A DNA stretch of 48,852 nt from Candidatus Poribacteria bacterium (lineage in GTDB: Bacteria; Poribacteria; WGA-4E; GCA-2687025). Location: the NCBI GenBank assembly GCA_027625215.1, contig JAQBWJ010000001.1, positions 1 through 48,852 of the forward strand, read 5' to 3'. A program made the translations under genes and the position numbers. Position 1 is the first letter of the stretch. Each line of letters opens with the position of its first letter. Under the pieces are notes generated by a model, which did not search any database, was not told the DNA's origin, and saw nothing but the letters and a program-made list of their open reading frames with translations. Below are positions 17,690 through 26,108 of this stretch, one piece after another.

Positions 17690-18217
17690 TTACCACTTCT
17701 CGCGGAACTCGCGCACCGCTTCTTCCGGAGATAGATTCAAATATAACTCAGTTGTAGAGAGGCGGTCATGCCCCAGAAGCGACTGTAGCGCGCGCGTCGA
17801 GATGCCCTTCTGGACGCACATGACGGAGAACGTGTGCCGAAGCACGTGCGGGCTCACCGGCTTGGCGATGCCGGCGCGGTTGGCGACGCGCTTGACGAGC
17901 CGCTGAACCGTCCTGTCCGACATCCCGATCTCGTTCTCGAACGCGAATTGCTTCTCCAGCAGCAGGCGGACCCGCCCGGTCATCGGGACGATCCGCCGCT
18001 TCGTCTTCTTACCGTACGGACCGCCTTTGCCAAAGATCACCAGCCGGCGTTCCTGCCACTGGATGTTGTCCTTCTTCAGTCCGGCGAACTCCGCGACGCG
18101 CAGTCCCGTGTCGAGCAACGTGAAGACGACGAGTTTCTCCTCGAACGACTCGGCGGCGTTGACGAGCCGGTCGGTCTCCTCGCGGTTGAGCGGTTCGCGT
18201 TTGTGTTGGTAGGGCAT
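17690..18217 (-). CDS. Minimal tyrosine recombinase (catalytic domain only, 175 aa)
   Basis: GLRVAEF (Arg), HVLRHTF, LLGH and ELY catalytic pattern. No N-terminal core-binding domain. Confidence 0.85.
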   Translation of the reverse strand: MPYQHKREPLNREETDRLVNAAESFEEKLVVFTLLDTGLRVAEFAGLKKDNIQWQERRLVIFGKGGPYGKKTKRRIVPMTGRVRLLLEKQFAFENEIGMSDRTVQRLVKRVANRAGIAKPVSPHVLRHTFSVMCVQKGISTRALQSLLGHDRLSTTELYLNLSPEEAVREFREKW

Positions 18218-18380
18218 GGTGACGACGCCTCCGATAAGTGGATGGTGTCGTTCATTCTACCAAAAGACGACAGGATGTCGCAATCTCTGAATTGCCGACC
18301 CGCATGGATATTGAAGTGTCAGGAAGGGGAGGGGAGGGCGTGTCGCACTTTTACACAGAAGGCGACAGATAAGGACATCG

Positions 18381-18659
18381 TCAGATCGTTTTAACCACTG
18401 CTTGTACTGACGGACGACCAAGCAAAGATACAAGAGGTTGACCACTTTCGAGCGCGCTGCAGAGTGAACTGTAGGTCGCGAAGTTGACCCGAAAGCTCAT
18501 TGGAGTTCCGTCAGAGCTGGCGATAGTTATGAGCTGAACGTTTGACCGTACGACATTCTGAACGCTCAACAGGAGGTAAGTATCCGCGCCTGCCTCATGT
18601 TCAAACCGTAGGTACATTACATGATGTCCTTCCAAGGAACGGCAGTAGTCAGTCATCAA
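18381..18659 (-). CDS. Hypothetical small protein in the low-GC island
   Basis: 92-aa ORF with no recognisable motif. Composition matches the local lower-GC DNA. Confidence 0.3.
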   Translation of the reverse strand: MMTDYCRSLEGHHVMYLRFEHEAGADTYLLLSVQNVVRSNVQLITIASSDGTPMSFRVNFATYSSLCSALESGQPLVSLLGRPSVQAVVKTI

Positions 18660-18817
18660 CGCTCGTACACGCGGTCACGGAACGGCGCAAGTGCGCCAAG
18701 TCTCATTGTAACCAAGAGACAGTGCCTGGCGTAACCTCAAGGAGATGCCGGGCACTGACACGCATCACAGGGCGACAACAGGCGACGCCCGGCGCATCGG
18801 AAACAGGGAGCCACGCA

Positions 18818-19666
18818 ATGCCGAGCACTGACACGCACGCGCCGGGCACTGCCGAGCATCGGGTCAATTCAGAAGAGATGGTGTGGTTGCCGATCGCCGA
18901 AGCCGCCTCGCGGTTGAAGTGCGATCCGGGAACCATTCGTCGCCGGTTCAATAACCCGAACTACACGTTCAAATACGAACGCCGCGAAGTGTACGGCGGC
19001 GTCGAATACGGCATCCCGAAAGCGGAACTGGACGCCGTCGACGCGACAGGCAACGCCGGGCACGCAGCGGCAGGCGATGCCCGGCAACCGGAGACAATGC
19101 CGAGCGATGCCGAGCACGCGCCGCACGGCGATGCCGGGCACTCACAGGCGCACGATCATATCGCGTCGGAGTGGCGAGAAGATCTCCTCGCGCAAATCGA
19201 AATCCTCATCGCGGAGAATGCATCCCTCCAAGAGGACAAGTCCCACCTCCGCTCCATGATCGACAAACTGGATGAGGCACATCACGAAGAACTTGGTCGG
19301 CTGAAGTCTCAGTTGGAAGAGTCCCAATTCGAGAACAAGTCGAAGGACGCGAAGATCGAGGTGCTGGAAGTGCAGCTCTCCCAGCTGGAAACCGAACTGC
19401 GCGAGACGCTCCGCGAATCCGAGCAGCGGAGCACTCAGTTGGCACATCGGATCGCGGACCTTGTCCAGGAGGTCGAGCAGAATCGAACGCGCGTGTACGA
19501 ACTCGCCCCGCTCGCAAAGGAAGTTCCACGTCTCCAGGCGGCAGTTGAGGAACGGGAAGTGGGATTGATTGATGCCGAGCGTGAGCTTGCCCAAGTTCGC
19601 CAGATTGAATCGGGGCGGTTGACAGGTCCCATCTACCGCCTTTTACAGAAGAAGGTCAGGCGGTAG
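18818..19666 (+). CDS. HTH plus coiled-coil protein
   Basis: The ATG at 18818 follows GGGAG-N7. MVWLPIAEAASRLKCDPGTIRRRF is excisionase/MerR-like. A long heptad-rich region follows (LEESQFENKSKDAKIEVLEVQLSQLETELRE). An alternative start is at 18878. Confidence 0.6.
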   Translation: MPSTDTHAPGTAEHRVNSEEMVWLPIAEAASRLKCDPGTIRRRFNNPNYTFKYERREVYGGVEYGIPKAELDAVDATGNAGHAAAGDARQPETMPSDAEHAPHGDAGHSQAHDHIASEWREDLLAQIEILIAENASLQEDKSHLRSMIDKLDEAHHEELGRLKSQLEESQFENKSKDAKIEVLEVQLSQLETELRETLRESEQRSTQLAHRIADLVQEVEQNRTRVYELAPLAKEVPRLQAAVEEREVGLIDAERELAQVRQIESGRLTGPIYRLLQKKVRR

Positions 19667-19799
19667 TCGTCAGTACCTCCGAAAAATCTCTGCCTTCCAA
19701 AGAAGCGACGACATTCCGTTGTTGTTTTAAGAGTTTTGTACGTTTTAGGAGTTTTACGCGCCTGAAAACCCGCACGGTACGCGGGATTGAGCGCGCTAT

Positions 19800-20063
19800 G
19801 GTCTACATCTATGGGGTGAAAGGTCTACGGATATGGGGTGAAAGGTCTACGGATATGGGGTCAAAGGACTACATCTATGGGGTAAAGGTCTACGGATATG
19901 GGGTGAAATCAAACTCACTGTGAATCCGCATCATACCTGCATTTATCGGAATGGTCTACAGATATGGGGTCGAAAGGTCTACGGATATGGGGTTGTGATA
20001 TCTCGCGGGTTTCTGCCTCTTTGATCCGTCGGTTCTGATCGGTTAGGTCTACAGGCGTGGGGT
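19800..20063. repeat. Iteron array (8 copies of GGTCTACNNATATGGGGT plus a half-site at 20070)
   Basis: Copies start at 19800, 19822, 19844, 19866, 19887, 19953, 19976 and 20046. Spacing within clusters is 21-23 bp. An AT-richer gap lies at 19905-19952. The array sits immediately upstream of the rep gene. Confidence 0.9.
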
Positions 20064-20159
20064 CGGGAAGGTCTACAAATGACATTGTGCGACGTAGTCC
20101 TTTGCGGTATAAGGGTGACAACCGATTCCGATCTCACCTCTCGTCAAGAGGGATGCCTG

Positions 20160-21575
20160 ATGAGTGACGATCGACAGAACCTCCCGGAACCCGTCCCTGA
20201 GATTGTGGGGCCCAGTTCCGCGATCAAGCACAGCGCCGCCATCCAGATCGAGAATAGCATCTCGCTCCTGCAGCGCCGCACGTGGAACGTGCTGCTTGCG
20301 AACGCTTACGACGAATTGGCAGAGCGGGAAGTTCACACGATCAAGGTACAGCACCTGATGAACGTGCTCGGCTTTGAGAGCAAGAACGAACGCTATCTCA
20401 AAGAAGCGCTGAAAGCACTTGCGGGCTGCACGGTCGAGTGGAACCTCCTCGGCAAGGATGGGACGGAACGGTGGGGCGTGACGGCGCTCCTCGCGCAGGC
20501 GGAGATCGAGAGCGGCATCTGCACCTATGCTTACAGCCCGGTGCTGCGCCGGCGTCTGCACAACCCGAACATGTACGCGAAGATCAGCCTGAGCATCCAG
20601 AAGCGGTTCAACAGCAAGCACGCGCTCGCGCTCTACGAGCTCTGTCTGGACTATCTCTTCGAGGCGCGAAATTACGGCGAGACGCCATTCATCCCAATCA
20701 CGACATTCCGTCGGCTCATGGGACTGGACGACGGCATTTATCCGACGTTCAAGCGTCTCAATCAGCGGGTCATCAAGGAGCCCGTCGAAGAAATCAACGA
20801 TGTGACCGATCTGAACGTGCGCGTCGAATACCGGCGCAAAGGACGGAAAGTCGTCGCGGTGAAGTTCCGCATCTGGTGCACGGTGGAACTCGCCGAAAAG
20901 CCGGAACTACAGGGCGAACTCTTCCCGGATCGCTCTCAACTGCCGCCACTCGTTGCGGACCTCATCGAAGCGGGGCTACCGAAGCAGGAGGCGATGACGG
21001 TCTACGAACAGGGGTTCGACTACGTGAACCCGGATAAACGATCCCATCGCACCGACTTTGTACGGTATATCAGCGAGAAGATCGATCTGCTCCACCGCCG
21101 GCAACGTGAAGGCAAGATCAAGAACCCGGTTGGATTCCTCCTCGAAGCGATCCGGGAGGACTATACGAACTTCGAGTTCGAGGCACGTGAACGGGCGCGG
21201 ATGCGTCAAGTCATCTCTCAGGATTTGACGACGCTCCTGAAGGAGAAGGAGACCATCGAGCAGGTCTATCAGGAGGCGGTTGAGCGCGCTTGCGCCCGGT
21301 TCCTAAAGGATGATGCCGAACGCGCGCAGTCCATTCTGGACGCCGTCGTTCAATCCAACCCGTTCTATCGTTCGTACGTAGATCGCAAGAAGACCGCATT
21401 GGAGAACTACGAAGATCGCCCGTTGCTTGCCGGGGTGATCAACCATCAACTGCGAACGGACTACCCGGAGACCTTCGACAAGATCGAGCGGGAGTTCAAA
21501 GGCAAGTTATCTGAGGTTGGCGAGAAGATTGCCGTGCTTGAAGCTGAGCGCGACTCTTCGATTTCAAAGTTTTGA
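20160..21575 (+). CDS. Rep_3-like plasmid replication initiator with extended C-terminus
   Basis: LLQRRTWNVLLANAY...TVEWNLLGKDG...FNSKHALALYELCLDY...TFRRLMGL...YPTFKRLNQRVIKEPVEEINDVTDLNV...GRKVVAVKF fits Rep_3. Start taken at M28 (GAGGGA-N6-ATG) of track ORF 20079..21575. Confidence 0.8.
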   Translation: MSDDRQNLPEPVPEIVGPSSAIKHSAAIQIENSISLLQRRTWNVLLANAYDELAEREVHTIKVQHLMNVLGFESKNERYLKEALKALAGCTVEWNLLGKDGTERWGVTALLAQAEIESGICTYAYSPVLRRRLHNPNMYAKISLSIQKRFNSKHALALYELCLDYLFEARNYGETPFIPITTFRRLMGLDDGIYPTFKRLNQRVIKEPVEEINDVTDLNVRVEYRRKGRKVVAVKFRIWCTVELAEKPELQGELFPDRSQLPPLVADLIEAGLPKQEAMTVYEQGFDYVNPDKRSHRTDFVRYISEKIDLLHRRQREGKIKNPVGFLLEAIREDYTNFEFEARERARMRQVISQDLTTLLKEKETIEQVYQEAVERACARFLKDDAERAQSILDAVVQSNPFYRSYVDRKKTALENYEDRPLLAGVINHQLRTDYPETFDKIEREFKGKLSEVGEKIAVLEAERDSSISKF

Positions 21576-21675
21576 TTCACGTTTCCACAGGCTGCACAAG
21601 GTACCTCTTCTGCTCCGATGCGCAGCCCGCGCTGTCTGACGACGCGCGAACAGTATGTCTGTAAGGAGTAATCGA

Positions 21676-22710
21676 ATGCGAGACAAGCGATCCGACTATG
21701 TCATTCATTGGACTGGAAAAGACATCGACGTTGCACATCGCCTGAATCCTGCTGTTCGTCGTCAAGCGTATATAGATCGCCTTCAGCGGACACTTCGGGG
21801 CGATCCCGACCACTATCCGTCTGATCAAGAGGACGCACCTAAAGACCAGCGAGAAGCGATGCCGGGTCTATGGATGACATGGACTACTGAATCGCTGCAC
21901 GGACAACGGAACGCGACAATCCAGAACATCGTGATGCCTGCGACGTGTTTTACCGAGCTTCCGCTGACGAGCGCACGCGGACATACGACCCGATATGGGT
22001 GCATGGGATTCGGCTTCACGCGCCGGTTCGTTATGGAACGTCGTGGTAATCCTGTGTTATATGTCGCCGGCAAACCCTCATACGATGTGATTATTCAGAA
22101 CATTCGTGGCGCCATGGATATGTTCGAAGCGCTGGAAAACGCAGAAATGCAAGCGCAACAACAGACCCAACCGCCGTCGGACTTTGATCTGGACGATGCC
22201 CTGAGGGTGTTACGAGACGGCATCGGCGATCCACAACTCCAACAGACATTCGAACACCTCGAGCGTTGGCTCAGGGCAAATCCTCGGATCAGGATCAATA
22301 CGAGACAATACCCAAACTGGACGAATGCGGAAGCCTTTTTCAATCATAAAATCGGTATGTGGCTGGTCGCGGCCTTTCTCAAAAACATGTCGCAGTGTCC
22401 TGACGATGAGGATATGACGTATCTCAATGAGATGGAGTGGCGTATTGTTCACTCTCATCCCGCTGAAAACGACGGACTCCTTAGGCAGACACAGCACATG
22501 AGGGACGCGCTGGAAACTGGGCGACCAGGTCCAAATCCTCCCTGCAAGATTCCCTTCGATGCATGTCAGTTGAAAGTGTTGGTATTCCCGGACAGCGAGA
22601 CAAAGCAGACCGCGATGAATAATCCGTCGATCTTTGAATGGTTTCGCCTCTCCACCGGAGAAATGCGCTACCCAATCATCCTCACGATCGATGAACTCGA
22701 AGCTATCTGA
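21676..22710 (+). CDS. AbiGi-like (abortive-infection type) protein
   Basis: DYVIHWTG...MPATCFTELPLTSARGHTTRYGCMGFGFTRRFVMERRGNPVLYV...EMEWRIV resembles the AbiGi pattern. AAGGAG-N7-ATG at 21676. Lower GC than the surroundings. Confidence 0.45.
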   Translation: MRDKRSDYVIHWTGKDIDVAHRLNPAVRRQAYIDRLQRTLRGDPDHYPSDQEDAPKDQREAMPGLWMTWTTESLHGQRNATIQNIVMPATCFTELPLTSARGHTTRYGCMGFGFTRRFVMERRGNPVLYVAGKPSYDVIIQNIRGAMDMFEALENAEMQAQQQTQPPSDFDLDDALRVLRDGIGDPQLQQTFEHLERWLRANPRIRINTRQYPNWTNAEAFFNHKIGMWLVAAFLKNMSQCPDDEDMTYLNEMEWRIVHSHPAENDGLLRQTQHMRDALETGRPGPNPPCKIPFDACQLKVLVFPDSETKQTAMNNPSIFEWFRLSTGEMRYPIILTIDELEAI

Positions 22711-22734
22711 GACAGTTGGTCCGATAGTCAGGTT

Positions 22735-23313
22735 CTATACGATGGCATTACTGATGTCCAGCCGTCGCGCAACCTCATCCCGCTTCTTACTGGTGATCTT
22801 CGCATAGACCATCGTATTCTGAACGTTCCGGTGTCCGAGCCGATCCTGCACCTCGGCGATGTCGCAGCCCGCGTCGAGCATGTGCGTGCCGAGACTGTGC
22901 TTCAGAGCGTGCGGGCTCACCTTCGACTCATCGATTCCCGCTGCCTTCGCGTACTTCTTGATGAGCCGGAAGACGACTGTGCGGTCGATCGGGTTGCCGC
23001 GATTCGAGACGAACAGATACGGCAGGTCGTCCTCACGCGAGCGCAGGTAGGACTGGATGAGCTTCCAGCAATCCGGCGGCAACGGGTATTCGCCACCGTA
23101 GGAGCCTTTGATGCGCCGGATCGTGATGCGCCGTCGGTCGCGGTCGACGTCGTCGATATGAAGGTTCGTCGCCTCCGAGACGCGAAGCCCCATTCGATAG
23201 GTGAGGTACAAAAGCGCTTTGTCGCGCTTGCCCTGTTTCGTGTCCGTCGGGATGGCGTTCAGAAGACGTCGGAGCTCGTCCTGCGTCAGATAACGAATCG
23301 TCTTTTCGTTCAT
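22735..23313 (-). CDS. Minimal tyrosine recombinase (192 aa)
   Basis: GLRVSEA, HALKHSLGTH, RLGH and MVYAK catalytic pattern. No core-binding domain. Confidence 0.85.
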   Translation of the reverse strand: MNEKTIRYLTQDELRRLLNAIPTDTKQGKRDKALLYLTYRMGLRVSEATNLHIDDVDRDRRRITIRRIKGSYGGEYPLPPDCWKLIQSYLRSREDDLPYLFVSNRGNPIDRTVVFRLIKKYAKAAGIDESKVSPHALKHSLGTHMLDAGCDIAEVQDRLGHRNVQNTMVYAKITSKKRDEVARRLDISNAIV

Positions 23314-23334
23314 GGATCCCTGCTTAGCGGCGTG

Positions 23335-23781
23335 TCATGGGTGGTTGTTCGGGTTCTCGATCGCCAACCGTTCAGCTGCTGCCGCCGTGTTCAGGTTCTC
23401 ATCCGCCGAAATGAATGTGATGGATTGATCCTGAGCGAGCTCAATTGCTGCGGACAATTGAACGGAATCGTAGCCGCGGAGACCGTATCGCTTCGCCAAC
23501 GCCATCGCGCGGCGGATGACGGGGATGTTGACATCGACCCGACGGTACCGATGATCCCACTCACGCTCGAACTGTCCGATAAGCGCTTCCAGCTCTTCCT
23601 GCGAAATATCTCCGCGCCGTCGGCTGCGCGTCAACGACGAGATGACCTCCGGACCCGTGATCCACGCAAGGTAGATGCGATTACCGGCAGACGGGCGCAT
23701 CAGATCATGTACCCACTCACTCCCAGTTTCGACGAGATAGCGTTTGACGAATGCGCTCGTATCAAAGAAGATCGCCGCCAT
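23335..23781 (-). CDS. vapC: PIN-domain toxin
   Basis: IFFDTSAFVKRY...YDSVQLSAAIE...FISADENL is a PIN pattern. Overlaps the upstream antitoxin gene by 1 nt. Confidence 0.8.
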   Translation of the reverse strand: MAAIFFDTSAFVKRYLVETGSEWVHDLMRPSAGNRIYLAWITGPEVISSLTRSRRRGDISQEELEALIGQFEREWDHRYRRVDVNIPVIRRAMALAKRYGLRGYDSVQLSAAIELAQDQSITFISADENLNTAAAAERLAIENPNNHP

Positions 23782-24044
23782 CAGCGGCGTTCCCGGATGA
23801 TCACCTCGGAAAGGGGTTCCCCTTTGACCGCAACCGGCTTGAACGCATCGAACTCCTCGTCTGTCATCTCATCGTCGGGAACGGTGATATGGATGCCTCG
23901 ATTCGCCGCCTTCCGCACGAGTTCCGCTTCGTCAGCCGCCGTTGTCGGTCGGAGCATCCGATCGAGCGCTTCCTGAACCGCCCTTTGATCTTGCGGCGGG
24001 AGCGTCTCGATGTCGCGAAGCACTTGATCCAGTTTCGTCGCCAT
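23781..24044 (-). CDS. Antitoxin partner of the PIN toxin
   Basis: 87 aa, directly upstream of the PIN gene. Paralog of 24070..24327 (both start MAT.LD.VLR.I and end G.P.SE..I/LEERR). Confidence 0.65.
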   Translation of the reverse strand: MATKLDQVLRDIETLPPQDQRAVQEALDRMLRPTTAADEAELVRKAANRGIHITVPDDEMTDEEFDAFKPVAVKGEPLSEVIIRERR

Positions 24045-24069
24045 CCGTTCTTCCCTTGATTGATGAGGC

Positions 24070-24327
24070 TTACCGCCGCTCTTCGAGGACCTGCTCGGAA
24101 ACGGGTTTCCCGCCGAGCTTGATCGGTTTGTGACGCCGATGGAAGTCGCGGCACGCGCTCGGATTCGCCGGTTCTTCGAGAAGCCCGGCTTCCATCAATC
24201 CGCGCTGAGTCGGCGTGATCTCGAACGGCGGGTCGAGAAGCCGGTCGAGGACCCGACGGACATGCCGTTTCTCGTCAGAAGTCAGTTCGTCGATGCCACG
24301 CAGCACCTCGTCGAGTTGGGTCGCCAT
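24070..24327 (-). CDS. Orphan antitoxin paralog
   Basis: 85 aa, similar to 23781..24044, with no toxin of its own. Operator-like 8-mers lie upstream at 24391-24496. Confidence 0.6.
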   Translation of the reverse strand: MATQLDEVLRGIDELTSDEKRHVRRVLDRLLDPPFEITPTQRGLMEAGLLEEPANPSACRDFHRRHKPIKLGGKPVSEQVLEERR

Positions 24328-24545
24328 GTCGTCATCCTTTCGTTCGGCGTTCGATTCGTCGAAAGGATACCACAGGTTTGCGCCTTTCGGAATGCAACGG
24401 AATAGTTCTTTTGTTGCATTATGTCGCCGAACCCGATGAAGCCACGCAGACCGACAACCTCATCAGGCAGGATAAAATTCATCGTAATGTTGCATTCGGA
24501 AGAAGCCGGTTCCGTTTTCGTTGCGGGACCAGGTTACAGAGAGAT

Positions 24546-24968
24546 TCAGGAATGCGCTTGCGGCGACTCCGCAACGACGCCCTCAACGCGCGAAAAGTGA
24601 CGCGTATCGAACGTGTAGGCATGCGAGATCCCATTTCGGATCATCCAGCAAGCGCTGTATGCGTCGATGAAGTCGATGTTCTTCTCCGCGTAGGTCAGCG
24701 CCGCCTGTCCGATGATCTCCGTATCTTCAACCTGTAAACCGGGAGTGTTCAGGACCGCGAGCACCTTCGAGGCGATCTCGGCTTTCGGAAGTTCGTAGTA
24801 GGATTCCAACGTCCAGACGATCTCGGCGATCACCATCGGATGCGTGCGGAGCGTAACCTCACCGTTTGCGGCGCGGGCCAGGAGGTCGGCGACCGCGTCC
24901 GCCTGCTTCGGAACGTCGTTCGTGAGAAACCGAAGAAAGAGGTTCGTGTCCGCGAAGGCGTCAGACAT
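24546..24968 (-). CDS. vapC: PIN-domain toxin
   Basis: FADTNLFLRFL...AEIVW...IDFIDAY...AYTFDTRHF. Start taken at M17 of track ORF 24546..25016. Overlaps the antitoxin gene by 8 nt. Confidence 0.75.
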   Translation of the reverse strand: MSDAFADTNLFLRFLTNDVPKQADAVADLLARAANGEVTLRTHPMVIAEIVWTLESYYELPKAEIASKVLAVLNTPGLQVEDTEIIGQAALTYAEKNIDFIDAYSACWMIRNGISHAYTFDTRHFSRVEGVVAESPQAHS

Positions 24969-25215
24969 CCGCGTTCCGCCTTGCGACTCGCTGGCGCGTC
25001 TGCCGTCGTACTTCATTGAAGTCCTCAGGTCGGTTGCGTGGGGTCACGCTGCCTCGAAGATCGTTCAGGGTGACTTTCAGCGGGCGGATCAGGACCTCAC
25101 CACCCTGGCGGACGAAGAGTACACGGTCACCGCTCTCCAATCCGAGTAGGCTGCGGATTTCCTTTGGAATCGTGACTTGCCCTTTAGTCGTGAGCTTATG
25201 GCCGATCGCTTCCAT
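24961..25215 (-). CDS. AbrB/MazE/SpoVT-type antitoxin
   Basis: KLTTKGQVTIPKEIRSLLGLESGDRVLF. The ATG at 25215 follows GGAGG-N6. This is the 3' part of track ORF 24961..25356. Confidence 0.8.
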   Translation of the reverse strand: MEAIGHKLTTKGQVTIPKEIRSLLGLESGDRVLFVRQGGEVLIRPLKVTLNDLRGSVTPRNRPEDFNEVRRQTRQRVARRNADV

Positions 25216-25361
25216 GAAAAGCCTCCATTGGGTATTACCAACTTTATGATGTAATACGATAGCCGGAATGTCCAACCTTCTTTCTTTTGTGACATCCATT
25301 AATCCGTTTGCGTTGTTCGGCGACCTCGGCGTTGTGTCGCCTCGCATTTCGGTCACCCGGT

Positions 25362-26108
25362 TCAGCTCGCCTTGGAGGATTCCGCCAGTCGGATCAGTTC
25401 CTGACCGTTGACGCGGAGTTTCTTGCTCAATTCCAGCAGACGACCCCGCGAGATTTCTCCGAGACGGTAGGCTTCAAAGGTAAGATCGAGCACCTGGCGT
25501 TCCAGTTCGCGGTGTCCGCTGGTCATCGCATCATCTTTCGCCGCACCGATCAGATCGAGATAGGCGGAGCCTTCCGCTTCATTCTCGAGCAGAGCGTCTC
25601 GCTCTCGCTGAGAGATGTGGTTCAGGTTTCGAAGTTGGAAGACCGCGGACCGATAGTCGACGCTGAAATGACGCGCCAGGAGTGCCGCATCCTTCGGAAG
25701 AATCGTCTGAGAGCCTGCGACAGGACGACGCTGCCCCTCGACGATCTTTCCCTTTGCACCACTATGAGCGGAGTAGGTCTTTCGACTCGATCCGCCCTTG
25801 TCGATGGCAGCAAGGAGTTCACGGATCCCCTCTGACGGCATCAGGAGTTCGGTAGCGAACGCGTTCGCCCGGAGTTCGCTCGGATTCGACGCGGTCTCGT
25901 CACTCGTCACGACGACGCTTCGGCTCGAGTCCAACAGTGCGTGCGCATATTCGTGCGCGTAGGAAAAGCGCTGCCGCAGCCGGTGGAGCCGGTCATTCAC
26001 CAGGATCGCCGTCCCGACCGATCCATGACGCGCAAACATCCCCGAAACGGACTCCGGGAGCGGCAGACTGGACACCCAGACGCCCTGATCCGCAATCAAG
26101 CGCGCCAC
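25362..26108 (-). CDS. ImmA/IrrE-family metallopeptidase (5' end uncertain)
   Basis: HEYAHALL (HExxH) with FATELLMP. The frame stays open and family-like upstream of the GTG at 26108, with no canonical start there. Confidence 0.7.
   Translation of the reverse strand: MARLIADQGVWVSSLPLPESVSGMFARHGSVGTAILVNDRLHRLRQRFSYAHEYAHALLDSSRSVVVTSDETASNPSELRANAFATELLMPSEGIRELLAAIDKGGSSRKTYSAHSGAKGKIVEGQRRPVAGSQTILPKDAALLARHFSVDYRSAVFQLRNLNHISQRERDALLENEAEGSAYLDLIGAAKDDAMTSGHRELERQVLDLTFEAYRLGEISRGRLLELSKKLRVNGQELIRLAESSKAS

Noticed and set aside
19800-20080. Regularly spaced repeats considered as a CRISPR array.
   Set aside because: The units are 18 bp with only 3-5 nt between them and sit directly upstream of a Rep_3-like gene. 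They are iterons, not repeat-spacer units.
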